Positions 40,431-49,307 of a DNA stretch of 64,000 nt are shown piece by piece (the first letter of the stretch is position 1; each line of letters opens with the position of its first letter). A program made the position numbers and the translations under genes. The stretch comes from Minisyncoccia bacterium (GTDB lineage Bacteria > Patescibacteriota > Minisyncoccia > Phycocordibacterales > Zambryskibacteraceae): NCBI GenBank assembly GCA_041742965.1, contig JBGTNQ010000004.1, positions 716 to 64,715 of the forward strand. The letters run 5' to 3'. The notes under the pieces are model-generated. The model saw only the letters and a program-made list of their open reading frames with translations. It made no database searches and was not told where the DNA came from.

Positions 40431-41164
40431 ATAGAAATAAGTTGCTTCTCTTCTTCAGGAGAAAAAGATTTTTTAAACTTAGCTCCGGAAACACCTTTGA
40501 CTCTTTTTTCGCATTCCGCCCAAGTTGCGTGGGTCTTGGCTACTCCTTTAACGAAGCTTACATAGGAATATGCTTTGGAAGAGCTCTTAACTTTCGACTT
40601 ACGGCTTATAGCTTTTGTACTAGAAGATACAGAGAGACTAACTTTATAATCCTTTAATGGGCCGGAAAAAAGCTTTGGAGTTTCGCCATCAGCGAAAGCG
40701 GTGGCTATTTCATCACAGCGCTCGTTGGCTGGAATCCCAGAATGGCCTTTGAGCAAATGCCAGTCTATTTTTAGACCGTCACTTACTTTTAGAAATTTTT
40801 CCCACAGATCTTGATTGAGTACTGGCTGTTTTGTTTTTGTCTTCCAATTATTTTTCTGCCAGCCAGTGACCCACTCTTTGGCACCCTTTAGTACATAGGA
40901 GGAGTCGGTGTTGATAACAATTTTCAATTTTCTATTTTCAATTTTCAAAGTTGCCCGCAGGGCTTCTATTACTGCGGCGAGTTCCATTCGGTTGTTTGTC
41001 GTATTTGATTCTCTTCCCCCTAACTCTATTACTTCTCCTTTCGTCTTTCGTCTTTCGTCTTTCAAAATCGTAGTTTTTTCATCAGAAAAAACTACGATTG
41101 CCCCCCACCCCCCTCTCCCCGGATTCCCCCGTGAAGCTCCGTCAGTAAAAATAGTTATATTCAT
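40412..41164 (-). CDS. rnhA: ribonuclease HI with C-terminal hybrid-binding (viroplasmin-like) domain
   Basis: IFTDGASRGNPGRGGWG, TTNNRMEL, TDSSY, KGHSG..NERCD; tail TWAECEKRVKGVSGAKFKK; start moved to ATG 41164. Confidence 0.93.
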   Translation of the reverse strand: MNITIFTDGASRGNPGRGGWGAIVVFSDEKTTILKDERRKTKGEVIELGGRESNTTNNRMELAAVIEALRATLKIENRKLKIVINTDSSYVLKGAKEWVTGWQKNNWKTKTKQPVLNQDLWEKFLKVSDGLKIDWHLLKGHSGIPANERCDEIATAFADGETPKLFSGPLKDYKVSLSVSSSTKAISRKSKVKSSSKAYSYVSFVKGVAKTHATWAECEKRVKGVSGAKFKKSFSPEEEKQLISIWKKIH

Positions 41165-41265
41165 AATGCAAATATTATAAACGAAAACCGCCCCAACATC
41201 ACTGTCGGGGCGGGGACCTAGGCCCAAAGAATCCAAGTCGGACCCCAGAGACTTAGGGTTAAAGT

Positions 41266-41619
41266 TTACCTTGCGAGAAGTGCGGGGGAGCCCAGGCTGC
41301 AACGGGCACCGAGCCAGCTCCAACGCACGAGGATATCACCATCATGGGCCGTCCAGGAAAGTACCGGGACGTAGTAGATACCGTGGAAGTCCTGAACGCT
41401 TCGCCACAGAACAGGATATACCTTCCTCAGTTCCTCCGGATAGGTACTCGGATGGTTAAACCATCCTTCGACCTGCTCGCTCACAAGCGAGAGAGCCCGA
41501 TCGATGAAGCCCGTTTCCCTCAGATGCGCGCAGAGGTCGAAACCTATGATGTCATCAGTGCCCTGATTCTTGTGACTGTAGAGCTCGTAGCTTACCGCCC
41601 GGCTTTCGATTTTCAACAT
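41266..41619 (-). CDS. orphan hypothetical protein (cassette)
   Basis: AAGGAG SD before ATG 41619; own promoter near 41786-41815; terminator near 41185-41213. Confidence 0.55.
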   Translation of the reverse strand: MLKIESRAVSYELYSHKNQGTDDIIGFDLCAHLRETGFIDRALSLVSEQVEGWFNHPSTYPEELRKVYPVLWRSVQDFHGIYYVPVLSWTAHDGDILVRWSWLGARCSLGSPALLAR

Positions 41620-41894
41620 AGTGTTCTCCTTGGGCTTCGTTGCCCGTAGAAATTGTCCTCTCACCCGAGGTGGGGAAGACTTTGGTAAGTCATAGCCAGG
41701 AGACACCGTCCACCAACTGTCGGACAGAATCTTTTGGCTATGACTACCTTTTCGCAAGTAATGTTGCAACGTACTATCTGTACCTATTATACCATACTTC
41801 ATACTAAAAAGTCAAGTATTTTATTGCTTTTTATTCAGAAAATGGCCCTAACAGGCCATTTTATTCCTCATTCCTTATTCCCCCTTCCTTCCCT

Positions 41895-43607
41895 TTAGAC
41901 TATATCCACAATCCTCAAGCGTAGTTCTGGATAAGACCGGAATGTGGACTTTTCAAGAGTTGCTAATACATTCACCTTTTTGCCATTTTCTGGAACAGTA
42001 GAATATTTTTCTGGTTTAGTGAAAAAAGATATAGCTTTCAACGGTTTTCCTTTTCTGTCAAAAGAGATCTCCATATGATTCTTCTCCTTACCAAATTGTT
42101 TTACCTCTTTTATCTCTGCATTCGTAATACTAAAAATGGGTTTCGGATTCCCAATACCAAATGGAGCCAAGCGCTCAATGTGTCTATACATATCCCAATC
42201 AATATCATTAACAGAAACTTCGCCATCAACAAACACAGGCTCAAGAGCCGAAGCTTCTGGCAGAGAAGCAAAGGCTTCGTTTAAAACAGCTTCAAGTGTG
42301 TGTATTTTTTCACTAGAGACTTCGAAACCTCCGGCCATTTTGTGCCCACCAAACTGCACGAATGCCTCTTTAACCGTCTCCATAAGTAAAACCATATCCG
42401 TCAAACCTTCGGACCGACAAGAACCCTTGAGCAGAGAATCGCCGTTTCTTCCCCAGAGAAAAATCGGATGAGGAAAATCGTCCAAAACACTGTTGGCGGC
42501 GAGCCCTAGAAGAGAGGGCTTCCATTCTGGATTACCAAGGACCAAAACTTTTGGCAATTCGTCTGAGAGTTCTCTTTCCCGAATATGTTTTTTTATTTCT
42601 TTAACCAGAGAAGCCACCACGCCCTTTCTCTCGTCATTTATTTTATCCAAATGCTCACTTGCCACACCCGCTTCTACCAAATCACTAGTCTTTAAGAGTC
42701 TAAAAGCGTCGTCGGGTTTGCCCATACGCGAAGCGGCGTTTATGCGGGGGGCTAAAGAGAAACCAATATCGTCTTCTGTGATATATCTCTGGTCAACACC
42801 AAGTTTTTTCCAAATCTGCTGAAGTCCAGGACGAGGAGATTTGCGAAGGACTCTGAGCCCATAGTGAGCCAGAGCTCGATTTTCTCCGACAAGTGGCACC
42901 ATATCCGAAAGAGTGGCCATACCCACTAAGTCTAGTAGCCACTTTTCATGCCCTTCTTTCAGGTCAAAACGGTTTTTCTCCAAAATACCTTGAATCAATT
43001 TGAAAGCAACACCAGAACCACAGAGAATTTTTTCTGGGTAGGTGCAATCTTTTTGCTTTGGATTAACGATTGCGTACGCGGGAGGTAAAACTTCTCCTGG
43101 TTCATGATGATCTGTGACAATAACATCAATACCAAGTTCTTGAGCCCTCTTTACTTGCTCAATGTCAGTGATACCGCAATCAATAGTTATTAGAAGTTCA
43201 ATGCCATTTTCTTTAAATGTCTCTACTGCCGAAAGATGGAGACCATACCCTTCATCATGCCTATGAGGAATATAGTTGTCTGCATTTTTGAAACCGATTT
43301 TTTCAAAAAAATCTCGGAGCATTACTCCCCCAGGAATGCCATCTGCATCATAGTCACTGTATATGAGAATCTTTTGATCTTTTTCTATGGCCTCAAGAAT
43401 ACGAGAAACAGCCCGCTCCATCCCCTTTAGTAAAAATGGGTTGTGGAGATCTAATTCATAATCTGGGTTTAAGAACTTTTCCGCCAAAGTAGGCGTGTTG
43501 TGTCCACGATAATACAGAAGTTTTCTCAACAGAGGGTGGTATGAGGAGAGGGTGTCGTCAATTTCTTTTGGAATTGGGGGTTGGGCCTGGTATTCTTTCC
43601 TCGACAT
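41895..43607 (-). CDS. recJ: ssDNA-specific exonuclease RecJ
   Basis: DYDADG, EGYGL, TDHH, PRINAASR, GGHKMAGG, PFGIGNP. Confidence 0.96.
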   Translation of the reverse strand: MSRKEYQAQPPIPKEIDDTLSSYHPLLRKLLYYRGHNTPTLAEKFLNPDYELDLHNPFLLKGMERAVSRILEAIEKDQKILIYSDYDADGIPGGVMLRDFFEKIGFKNADNYIPHRHDEGYGLHLSAVETFKENGIELLITIDCGITDIEQVKRAQELGIDVIVTDHHEPGEVLPPAYAIVNPKQKDCTYPEKILCGSGVAFKLIQGILEKNRFDLKEGHEKWLLDLVGMATLSDMVPLVGENRALAHYGLRVLRKSPRPGLQQIWKKLGVDQRYITEDDIGFSLAPRINAASRMGKPDDAFRLLKTSDLVEAGVASEHLDKINDERKGVVASLVKEIKKHIRERELSDELPKVLVLGNPEWKPSLLGLAANSVLDDFPHPIFLWGRNGDSLLKGSCRSEGLTDMVLLMETVKEAFVQFGGHKMAGGFEVSSEKIHTLEAVLNEAFASLPEASALEPVFVDGEVSVNDIDWDMYRHIERLAPFGIGNPKPIFSITNAEIKEVKQFGKEKNHMEISFDRKGKPLKAISFFTKPEKYSTVPENGKKVNVLATLEKSTFRSYPELRLRIVDIV

Positions 43608-43696
43608 AAAAAGCATTGTATCACCCCGAAAGAATTTTTTGTAAAAAAATAAGTGGTATAATGCTGTTTAATTAGAGTTTAATTTCTATTAGTCCA

Positions 43697-44146
43697 ATGA
43701 ATAAAGGTAAAAATTCAAACGGGGCAGGTGTTTCAACGGAGGACTGCATATTTTGTAAAATCATTGATAAAAAGATTCCAGCTGAGATCGTTTATGAAAA
43801 CGATACAATATTGGCCTTTCTTGATATAAACCCAGTAAATGAAGGGCATACTCTAATCATACCCAAAGACCACTATCCTCAGATGACAGATGTACCTAGT
43901 GAGACTTTGGGGGAAATATTTGGATATGCCAAGGAAATGATGTCTAAAATAAAAGAAGCTGTGAATGCTGATTTTGTGGCCTTAACGGTGGTTGGCACAG
44001 ATGTCTCCCACTTTCATATTCACCTAGTACCAAGAATGAATAATGACGGACTTGCTGGTTTTTGGCCAACAAAAAAATATGAGAGTGACGAAAAAAAGAA
44101 AGAAGTTGGAGAGAAAATTCGCCGACAACTTGAGAAAAAGGGCTAA
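43697..44146 (+). CDS. HIT family hydrolase
   Basis: CIFCKII, FLDINP, GHTLIIPK, HFHIHLVPR. Confidence 0.93.
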   Translation: MNKGKNSNGAGVSTEDCIFCKIIDKKIPAEIVYENDTILAFLDINPVNEGHTLIIPKDHYPQMTDVPSETLGEIFGYAKEMMSKIKEAVNADFVALTVVGTDVSHFHIHLVPRMNNDGLAGFWPTKKYESDEKKKEVGEKIRRQLEKKG

Positions 44147-44205
44147 AAGTGTATACTCTTGGCAGAAATTGAACTTGACTCTGACCCTGTCACGAAAGGA
44201 ATCAT

Positions 44206-44427
44206 ATGCGTTCTTTCTCGGAGCTGGTATTTCTGGCCATCGTCTTTACCGCAGGAGTGGCCATGATTGTAGTACCGCTGTCCCAAAGCATGGATTATTA
44301 CACCGTCGTAACCCTGGGTGTAATATTCGTGGTCGTTTCGACCATTGAATTCACGATTCACCTAGGTAATCTAACAATCAGAGGCCTCCGGTCTCTGATT
44401 CGCCGTCCACCCTCACGAACTTCGTGA
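44206..44427 (+). CDS. orphan small two-TM protein (cassette)
   Basis: TATACT promoter element, AAAGGA SD, terminator 44407-44433. Confidence 0.55.
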   Translation: MRSFSELVFLAIVFTAGVAMIVVPLSQSMDYYTVVTLGVIFVVVSTIEFTIHLGNLTIRGLRSLIRRPPSRTS

Positions 44428-44446
44428 GGGTGGTTTACTTTAAGAA

Positions 44447-45550
44447 CTAACCATTTAGAGCATTAATGCCCGGAACAGTCTCATTTGCTAGAAAATCCAA
44501 CATCGCTCCACCCGCAGTAGATACAAAAGAAAATTTATCTTCTACATGAAGCTCTGCAATAGAAGCCACCGTATCACCACCACCAACTATGGACATAGCG
44601 CTAGAATCAGCAATTATTTTGGCGAGAGACATTGTACTTTCCTTAAATCCTCGCTCATAGTTTCCAAGCGGTCCATTCCAAAGAATAAATTTTGAGGAAG
44701 AAACTCTATCTCTTAACAGAGCTATGGATTCAGGACCAACATCAGATATTGTATCTTCGGGAAGAACATCCTCCACTTTTTTTACAATAGACTTGCCTCC
44801 ATTTTCTACAATCACATCAATCGGTAAAATTAGTTTATCGCCCAAAAAATCTGTCAAATCTGTCTCTATCTCTGAAAGAAGAGAATGTCCTGTATTTAAG
44901 CCCTTAGCCCTAAAAAAATCATTTGCTAGTGCTCCACCTATAAATATATAGTCTGCAAGATTAAAAAATTTCCTAACTAATGGAAGTTTTGTATCAAACT
45001 TTGCTCCGCCAAGAACGAAAAGAAAGGGGTGCTCTGGATTAAAAGCGCGAGCAAGTTCACTGGTTTCTCTTTCAAAAACTGGACCTGCGAAAGAAGAAAT
45101 ATATTTCGGAATACCAACAATAGAAGCGTGCTCTCTATGAGAAACTGGGAAAGCTTCGTTAATATATAAATCTGCAAAACTAGCAAGATGTTTAGAAAAG
45201 TCCTCATCATTTTTAACCTCACCATCATATTGCCTTAAATTTTCAAGGAGGATAATCTTAGATTCGGAAAAATCAAATTCGGGAGTCTCTGGAAAATAAT
45301 TTTCAACGAAAGAAATTTTGTATCTATCTTTTAAATATTTAAATATTGGACGAAGAGTTTTGTCTCCGCCTTCTATATGGCTTGCCAATATTATTTTTGC
45401 CCTAGCATTCAATAGAAAATCTATCAATTCAAAAGATTTTATAAGACGAAAATCGTCTCCAACAGCACCATCTACAATGGGCACATTGAAGTCAGAACGC
45501 ACAAAGACAATCTTGCCTTCCAATTCATTTATATCTTTAATGGTCTTCAT
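44447..45550 (-). CDS. pgk: phosphoglycerate kinase
   Basis: VRSDFNVP, LLENLR, LGGAK, WNGPLG, GGGDT, STAGGA. Confidence 0.96.
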   Translation of the reverse strand: MKTIKDINELEGKIVFVRSDFNVPIVDGAVGDDFRLIKSFELIDFLLNARAKIILASHIEGGDKTLRPIFKYLKDRYKISFVENYFPETPEFDFSESKIILLENLRQYDGEVKNDEDFSKHLASFADLYINEAFPVSHREHASIVGIPKYISSFAGPVFERETSELARAFNPEHPFLFVLGGAKFDTKLPLVRKFFNLADYIFIGGALANDFFRAKGLNTGHSLLSEIETDLTDFLGDKLILPIDVIVENGGKSIVKKVEDVLPEDTISDVGPESIALLRDRVSSSKFILWNGPLGNYERGFKESTMSLAKIIADSSAMSIVGGGDTVASIAELHVEDKFSFVSTAGGAMLDFLANETVPGINALNG

Positions 45551-45551
45551 A

Positions 45552-46307
45552 CTACAGACTGTCTACTATTTTCAAAATAGGATTAAATGTCTCTGCTTTC
45601 AAACTTGCGCCACCAATAAGGAAGCCCTTAACCTCACCGTTCAGTATCAAGTCTGATGCATTTTCTTCTTTTACAGAACCGCCATATATTATTTTTACTT
45701 TTAGAGATAACTCCCGACCATACATTTCACCTAAAATCTTTTGGATATAGAGGACTGTCTCATGAAGTTTCGTAGCATTCATAGCATCTTTGGCCTCCTT
45801 GCCTATGGCCCATATGGGCTCATAAGCGATAATAACTTTTTGAAAATCGGAACGAATAACACTCTTAAATGCTGACTTAATTTGATTCGAGAGAAAGGAA
45901 AGATACGCACCAGAAGAATCGTGATCTTTTTCACCTATACAAACAATTGGCACCATCTTCTCTCGTAAAACAGCTTTGACTTTTTTATTCACCATCTCAT
46001 CTGTCTCTCCTAAGGCACGCCTTTCTGAGTGTCCAACTATCACATGGCTTACTCCCAAAGAGCTTACCTGAGCAGGACTTACGAAACCAGTAAAAGCTCC
46101 CTTAGTGTCCCAAAAGACATCTTGGGCCCCGAGAAAAACATTTTTTGGTAAAGAGACTAGAGGTATGTGTGTAAACGATGGTGCAATAACTACATCTGTT
46201 TTTTTAAGCTTGGTAGCAATTTTTGATATCCCCCTTGAGGCAGTCTTGGCTTCTACTACTGAGATGGGATTCATCTTCCAATTTGCAATAATAATTCTCT
46301 TAACCAT
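45552..46307 (-). CDS. tpiA: triosephosphate isomerase
   Basis: ANWKMN, GHSERR, AYEPIWAIG, YGGSV, GGASL. Confidence 0.97.
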   Translation of the reverse strand: MVKRIIIANWKMNPISVVEAKTASRGISKIATKLKKTDVVIAPSFTHIPLVSLPKNVFLGAQDVFWDTKGAFTGFVSPAQVSSLGVSHVIVGHSERRALGETDEMVNKKVKAVLREKMVPIVCIGEKDHDSSGAYLSFLSNQIKSAFKSVIRSDFQKVIIAYEPIWAIGKEAKDAMNATKLHETVLYIQKILGEMYGRELSLKVKIIYGGSVKEENASDLILNGEVKGFLIGGASLKAETFNPILKIVDSL

Positions 46308-46341
46308 AGATAAACATTATATCATCACAAGGAAAGCACTC

Positions 46342-47757
46342 CTACTCAACCTCTTTCCATCTCTTTATCGCCCATTGGCCACCAGGACCAGAAGTAAACA
46401 AAGGTTGGGCAAGACCAACATTATACCGAACTTGAGTGTTATTTCTCAAAGTCAATTTATAAGCCGTGACTTCACGTAAAAGAACATTGTTAGAAAGCTC
46501 AATTTCTCCATAAGGTGCGTAGAGAAGAAGGTTACCAGTCACATTGTTTCCTGCAGATGCAGCGATTACACTACCTCCGGTAGAATTGCTTGTATTTCTC
46601 GAAATAAGCATTACATATGAGTCCGGATTTGCGACCCCGTTTGTTTCTGAACCATAAAATTCCGGATTATTGTTCAAAATTATCCTTCCACCTCCTGTTG
46701 AGTTAGATACTGAGCGCGTTATGAGCGGAACGCTTTTGTTTCCGACCGAATCTGCCACTTTAAACTTTGGATTATTGTTTACCGTTAAGTTTCCATTTAT
46801 CCAAACTGCTCCGGCCAAAAGAACTGTCGTACTATTTCCACTTACAACAACATCACAATCTATTTTTATAGGACCTATAGTCACTGTTCCACTTGTTATT
46901 TGATAAGGACATGGTGTGTTTATTGTCCCGCCAGAAGATGCTGTAGTTTCCCATTGATCCAATAGTGAATCTGGAATAGGCATTGAAACTTCCGGCCTAT
47001 CAGAACTATTGGGGTATGCCGTTCCTGGGGTTAGAGGAGTTGTGCACGGGCTACTTCCTCCACTTGTTGGGCTGTTGAGAAAGGACAGAGAGGAGCTATC
47101 TATCACTTGGTAATAAGCATCTCCACAAATCTTACTTCCTCCTTTTATTTCGCGAGAATAAACAGTACCAGTAGCATTAACGGCGTCCACAAGACCGCTA
47201 GACCCGGCAGAAACAACATCTCCGCGTATTCTAGTGCCACTACTTGTGGACCTAATCCTTCCGCTTGAGTAAACATTGCCAATAACAGAAGAATTGTTAT
47301 GCATTTCTAGGCCCCCAATACCAACTTGAATTGCAAAATTGAAAGAAAAACCATCCGTTACGGTTATGCCCTTTACCACTGTCCTTATGTGGTCATTGGC
47401 ATTGCCTTGAGAAAGAATCTCCTGTTCATTACTACCGATAGTAGAGACCGAGACTTCAGCAGAAGCACCATCTAGAGTCACACTCAGTGGAAAAGAAATA
47501 GGAAGAATTTTTTTTATCCTATAATAGGCGTCTTCCCCGCCAGCTTCAGCTGTAAAATAGCTCTTTTTTGACATTTCCAAATCATTTACTATTTTGAATT
47601 GTTTAATAATCGGAGATGTTAGGCCGATCACAACAGTCGAAGAGATGGCCATAAAAATGATTGAAAGAATTATCAAAGTTTGACCTCGACTACTGCGCCT
47701 CAAGTTAGGGTTATCTTTTCTTAAAAACGGAAATTTTGTGTATTTTTCTTTTTTCAT
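46342..47757 (-). CDS. PilX/PilY-like minor pilin with large beta-rich extracellular domain
   Basis: RG|QTLIIL prepilin-like site, SYFTAEAG PilX-type motif; start moved to ATG 47757. Confidence 0.75.
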   Translation of the reverse strand: MKKEKYTKFPFLRKDNPNLRRSSRGQTLIILSIIFMAISSTVVIGLTSPIIKQFKIVNDLEMSKKSYFTAEAGGEDAYYRIKKILPISFPLSVTLDGASAEVSVSTIGSNEQEILSQGNANDHIRTVVKGITVTDGFSFNFAIQVGIGGLEMHNNSSVIGNVYSSGRIRSTSSGTRIRGDVVSAGSSGLVDAVNATGTVYSREIKGGSKICGDAYYQVIDSSSLSFLNSPTSGGSSPCTTPLTPGTAYPNSSDRPEVSMPIPDSLLDQWETTASSGGTINTPCPYQITSGTVTIGPIKIDCDVVVSGNSTTVLLAGAVWINGNLTVNNNPKFKVADSVGNKSVPLITRSVSNSTGGGRIILNNNPEFYGSETNGVANPDSYVMLISRNTSNSTGGSVIAASAGNNVTGNLLLYAPYGEIELSNNVLLREVTAYKLTLRNNTQVRYNVGLAQPLFTSGPGGQWAIKRWKEVE

Positions 47758-47770
47758 TTTGTTCACTTTT

Positions 47771-48325
47771 TTAAGGAGCGTAAGTTCCTCGTAAAACAGC
47801 TGTGGAATAGAATTTTTTTGTTCTAAAACTCTCACCTTGACCGCTCTCTACCGTCATCTCTATTTTTATAGCATGAGATTCATCTGTAATAATCTTTCTG
47901 AAAACCAAACCTGAGACTCTGGCAGAAGACGCTGAGAGCGGTCCGACCAAAACTGATTCCTCTTCGACAAAAATAGTTTCTGAATCTAAATAAAACTCCA
48001 TTACCATTGGAGAGCCCGTATCATTAGTTGTGATCAAAGATATTTTGCCTGGAGAAGAATTGAAAATACTGTCTGTATCCGAAATTGCGATTGAATTCCT
48101 TATTTCTCTGGCCATCATATCCAGAGCAACTTGTGCCGTCGTATCTATAGAAGCAACGGATCTCAACACCCTATATGACTTTGCTACCGAAAAGAGAGAA
48201 CTTGTAACTACAGCCAACACAAGGGATAAAATGAATACATATACTAATATCTCTACCAGAGAAAATCCTGCCTTGTTTTTTACCAAACTTTTTTTTCTAA
48301 TAATTTTCATCATTTTAATTCTCAA
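47771..48325 (-). CDS. type IV minor pilin (PilW-like)
   Basis: AG|FSLVEILV N-methylation motif. Confidence 0.85.
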   Translation of the reverse strand: MRIKMMKIIRKKSLVKNKAGFSLVEILVYVFILSLVLAVVTSSLFSVAKSYRVLRSVASIDTTAQVALDMMAREIRNSIAISDTDSIFNSSPGKISLITTNDTGSPMVMEFYLDSETIFVEEESVLVGPLSASSARVSGLVFRKIITDESHAIKIEMTVESGQGESFRTKKFYSTAVLRGTYAP

Positions 48326-48818
48326 AAATATTTGTTAGATAAGTTGAAAAACTCTTTGTTGATGTAGCCCCCCTATTCGACCAAGATACCGAGACTGTTA
48401 CTTTTTTTGTATTTGAATCCAAAGTTCCTCCGTTTAAAACAATGTCATAATTTGAATCTCTATAAACATCGCTTAAGACAACGGATCTTTCAAAAACATC
48501 ATCTACTAATACGTATGATGATGTAGCACTCCAATTTTGGTTTTCAAAAATAATAAAAAACGGTGAGTTGGAAGAATGGATTGCAATGTTATCTTGCCAA
48601 CCAGAATCTCTCAATATCCTAACAACTTCCAAACCTTCTTCTGCTAAAAAATTAGATTGTATTCTACTACTGTTCAAAAGAGACATATTTAGAATCATCG
48701 TAAAAACAGTATTTAAACTTAAAAAAACCATAAGGGCCAGGGCGGTAGCCACCAGTGCCTCGGCTAAAGAATAGCCATCATTTTTTGACTTCTTGTTAAT
48801 TTTTATTAAATATTTCAT
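48315..48818 (-). CDS. type IV minor pilin (PilV-like)
   Basis: DG|YSLAEALV; LAEEGLE; KKVTVSVSW. Confidence 0.8.
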   Translation of the reverse strand: MKYLIKINKKSKNDGYSLAEALVATALALMVFLSLNTVFTMILNMSLLNSSRIQSNFLAEEGLEVVRILRDSGWQDNIAIHSSNSPFFIIFENQNWSATSSYVLVDDVFERSVVLSDVYRDSNYDIVLNGGTLDSNTKKVTVSVSWSNRGATSTKSFSTYLTNIFEN

Positions 48819-48830
48819 ACCATCTTTAAA

Positions 48831-49307
48831 CTATTCGATCTCTGAAAGTCCGGTTTCAAAAACCCTTATTGTTTTACTTGACGAAGAATCGGAAACTAAT
48901 TCCATAACGACAGTTCCAAATTGTTGAGTCCTTCCATTTAATCTTTCAAAAACAAGTTCTAACCCTCCCCCATCGAGATTAATAGAAGATATGATCACTT
49001 GCGATGACAAATCTGTTATTAAGTTATCTGAATTTAAAGGATTATAGGAATCTCCAGCAAAAAAAGTAACCTTGTCTCCCTCAAAGTATACCCCATATTG
49101 AGAAGAATTTTTTGATGACAATGTTAGAGATCTTGCATCTTGAATTATAGAAAGAACTTTTAGAGACTCTTTGTCCAAAAGTTCTTTTTTGTTTAGATTT
49201 GAAAAAGAAGAGAAAGTAATAATGGAAAGCAGAAAAATTATTCCAATGACAACTAAAATCTCAACAAGAGTAAACCCTAACCTCGTTTTTTTAGAGAAAA
49301 TATACAT
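48831..49307 (-). CDS. type IV minor pilin (FimU/GspH-like)
   Basis: LG|FTLVEILVV. Confidence 0.85.
   Translation of the reverse strand: MYIFSKKTRLGFTLVEILVVIGIIFLLSIITFSSFSNLNKKELLDKESLKVLSIIQDARSLTLSSKNSSQYGVYFEGDKVTFFAGDSYNPLNSDNLITDLSSQVIISSINLDGGGLELVFERLNGRTQQFGTVVMELVSDSSSSKTIRVFETGLSEIE

Noticed and set aside
41165-41323. Extended rnhA start given in the ORF track
   Set aside because: It runs through a terminator region; the RNase H fold begins at MNITIFTDG (41164).
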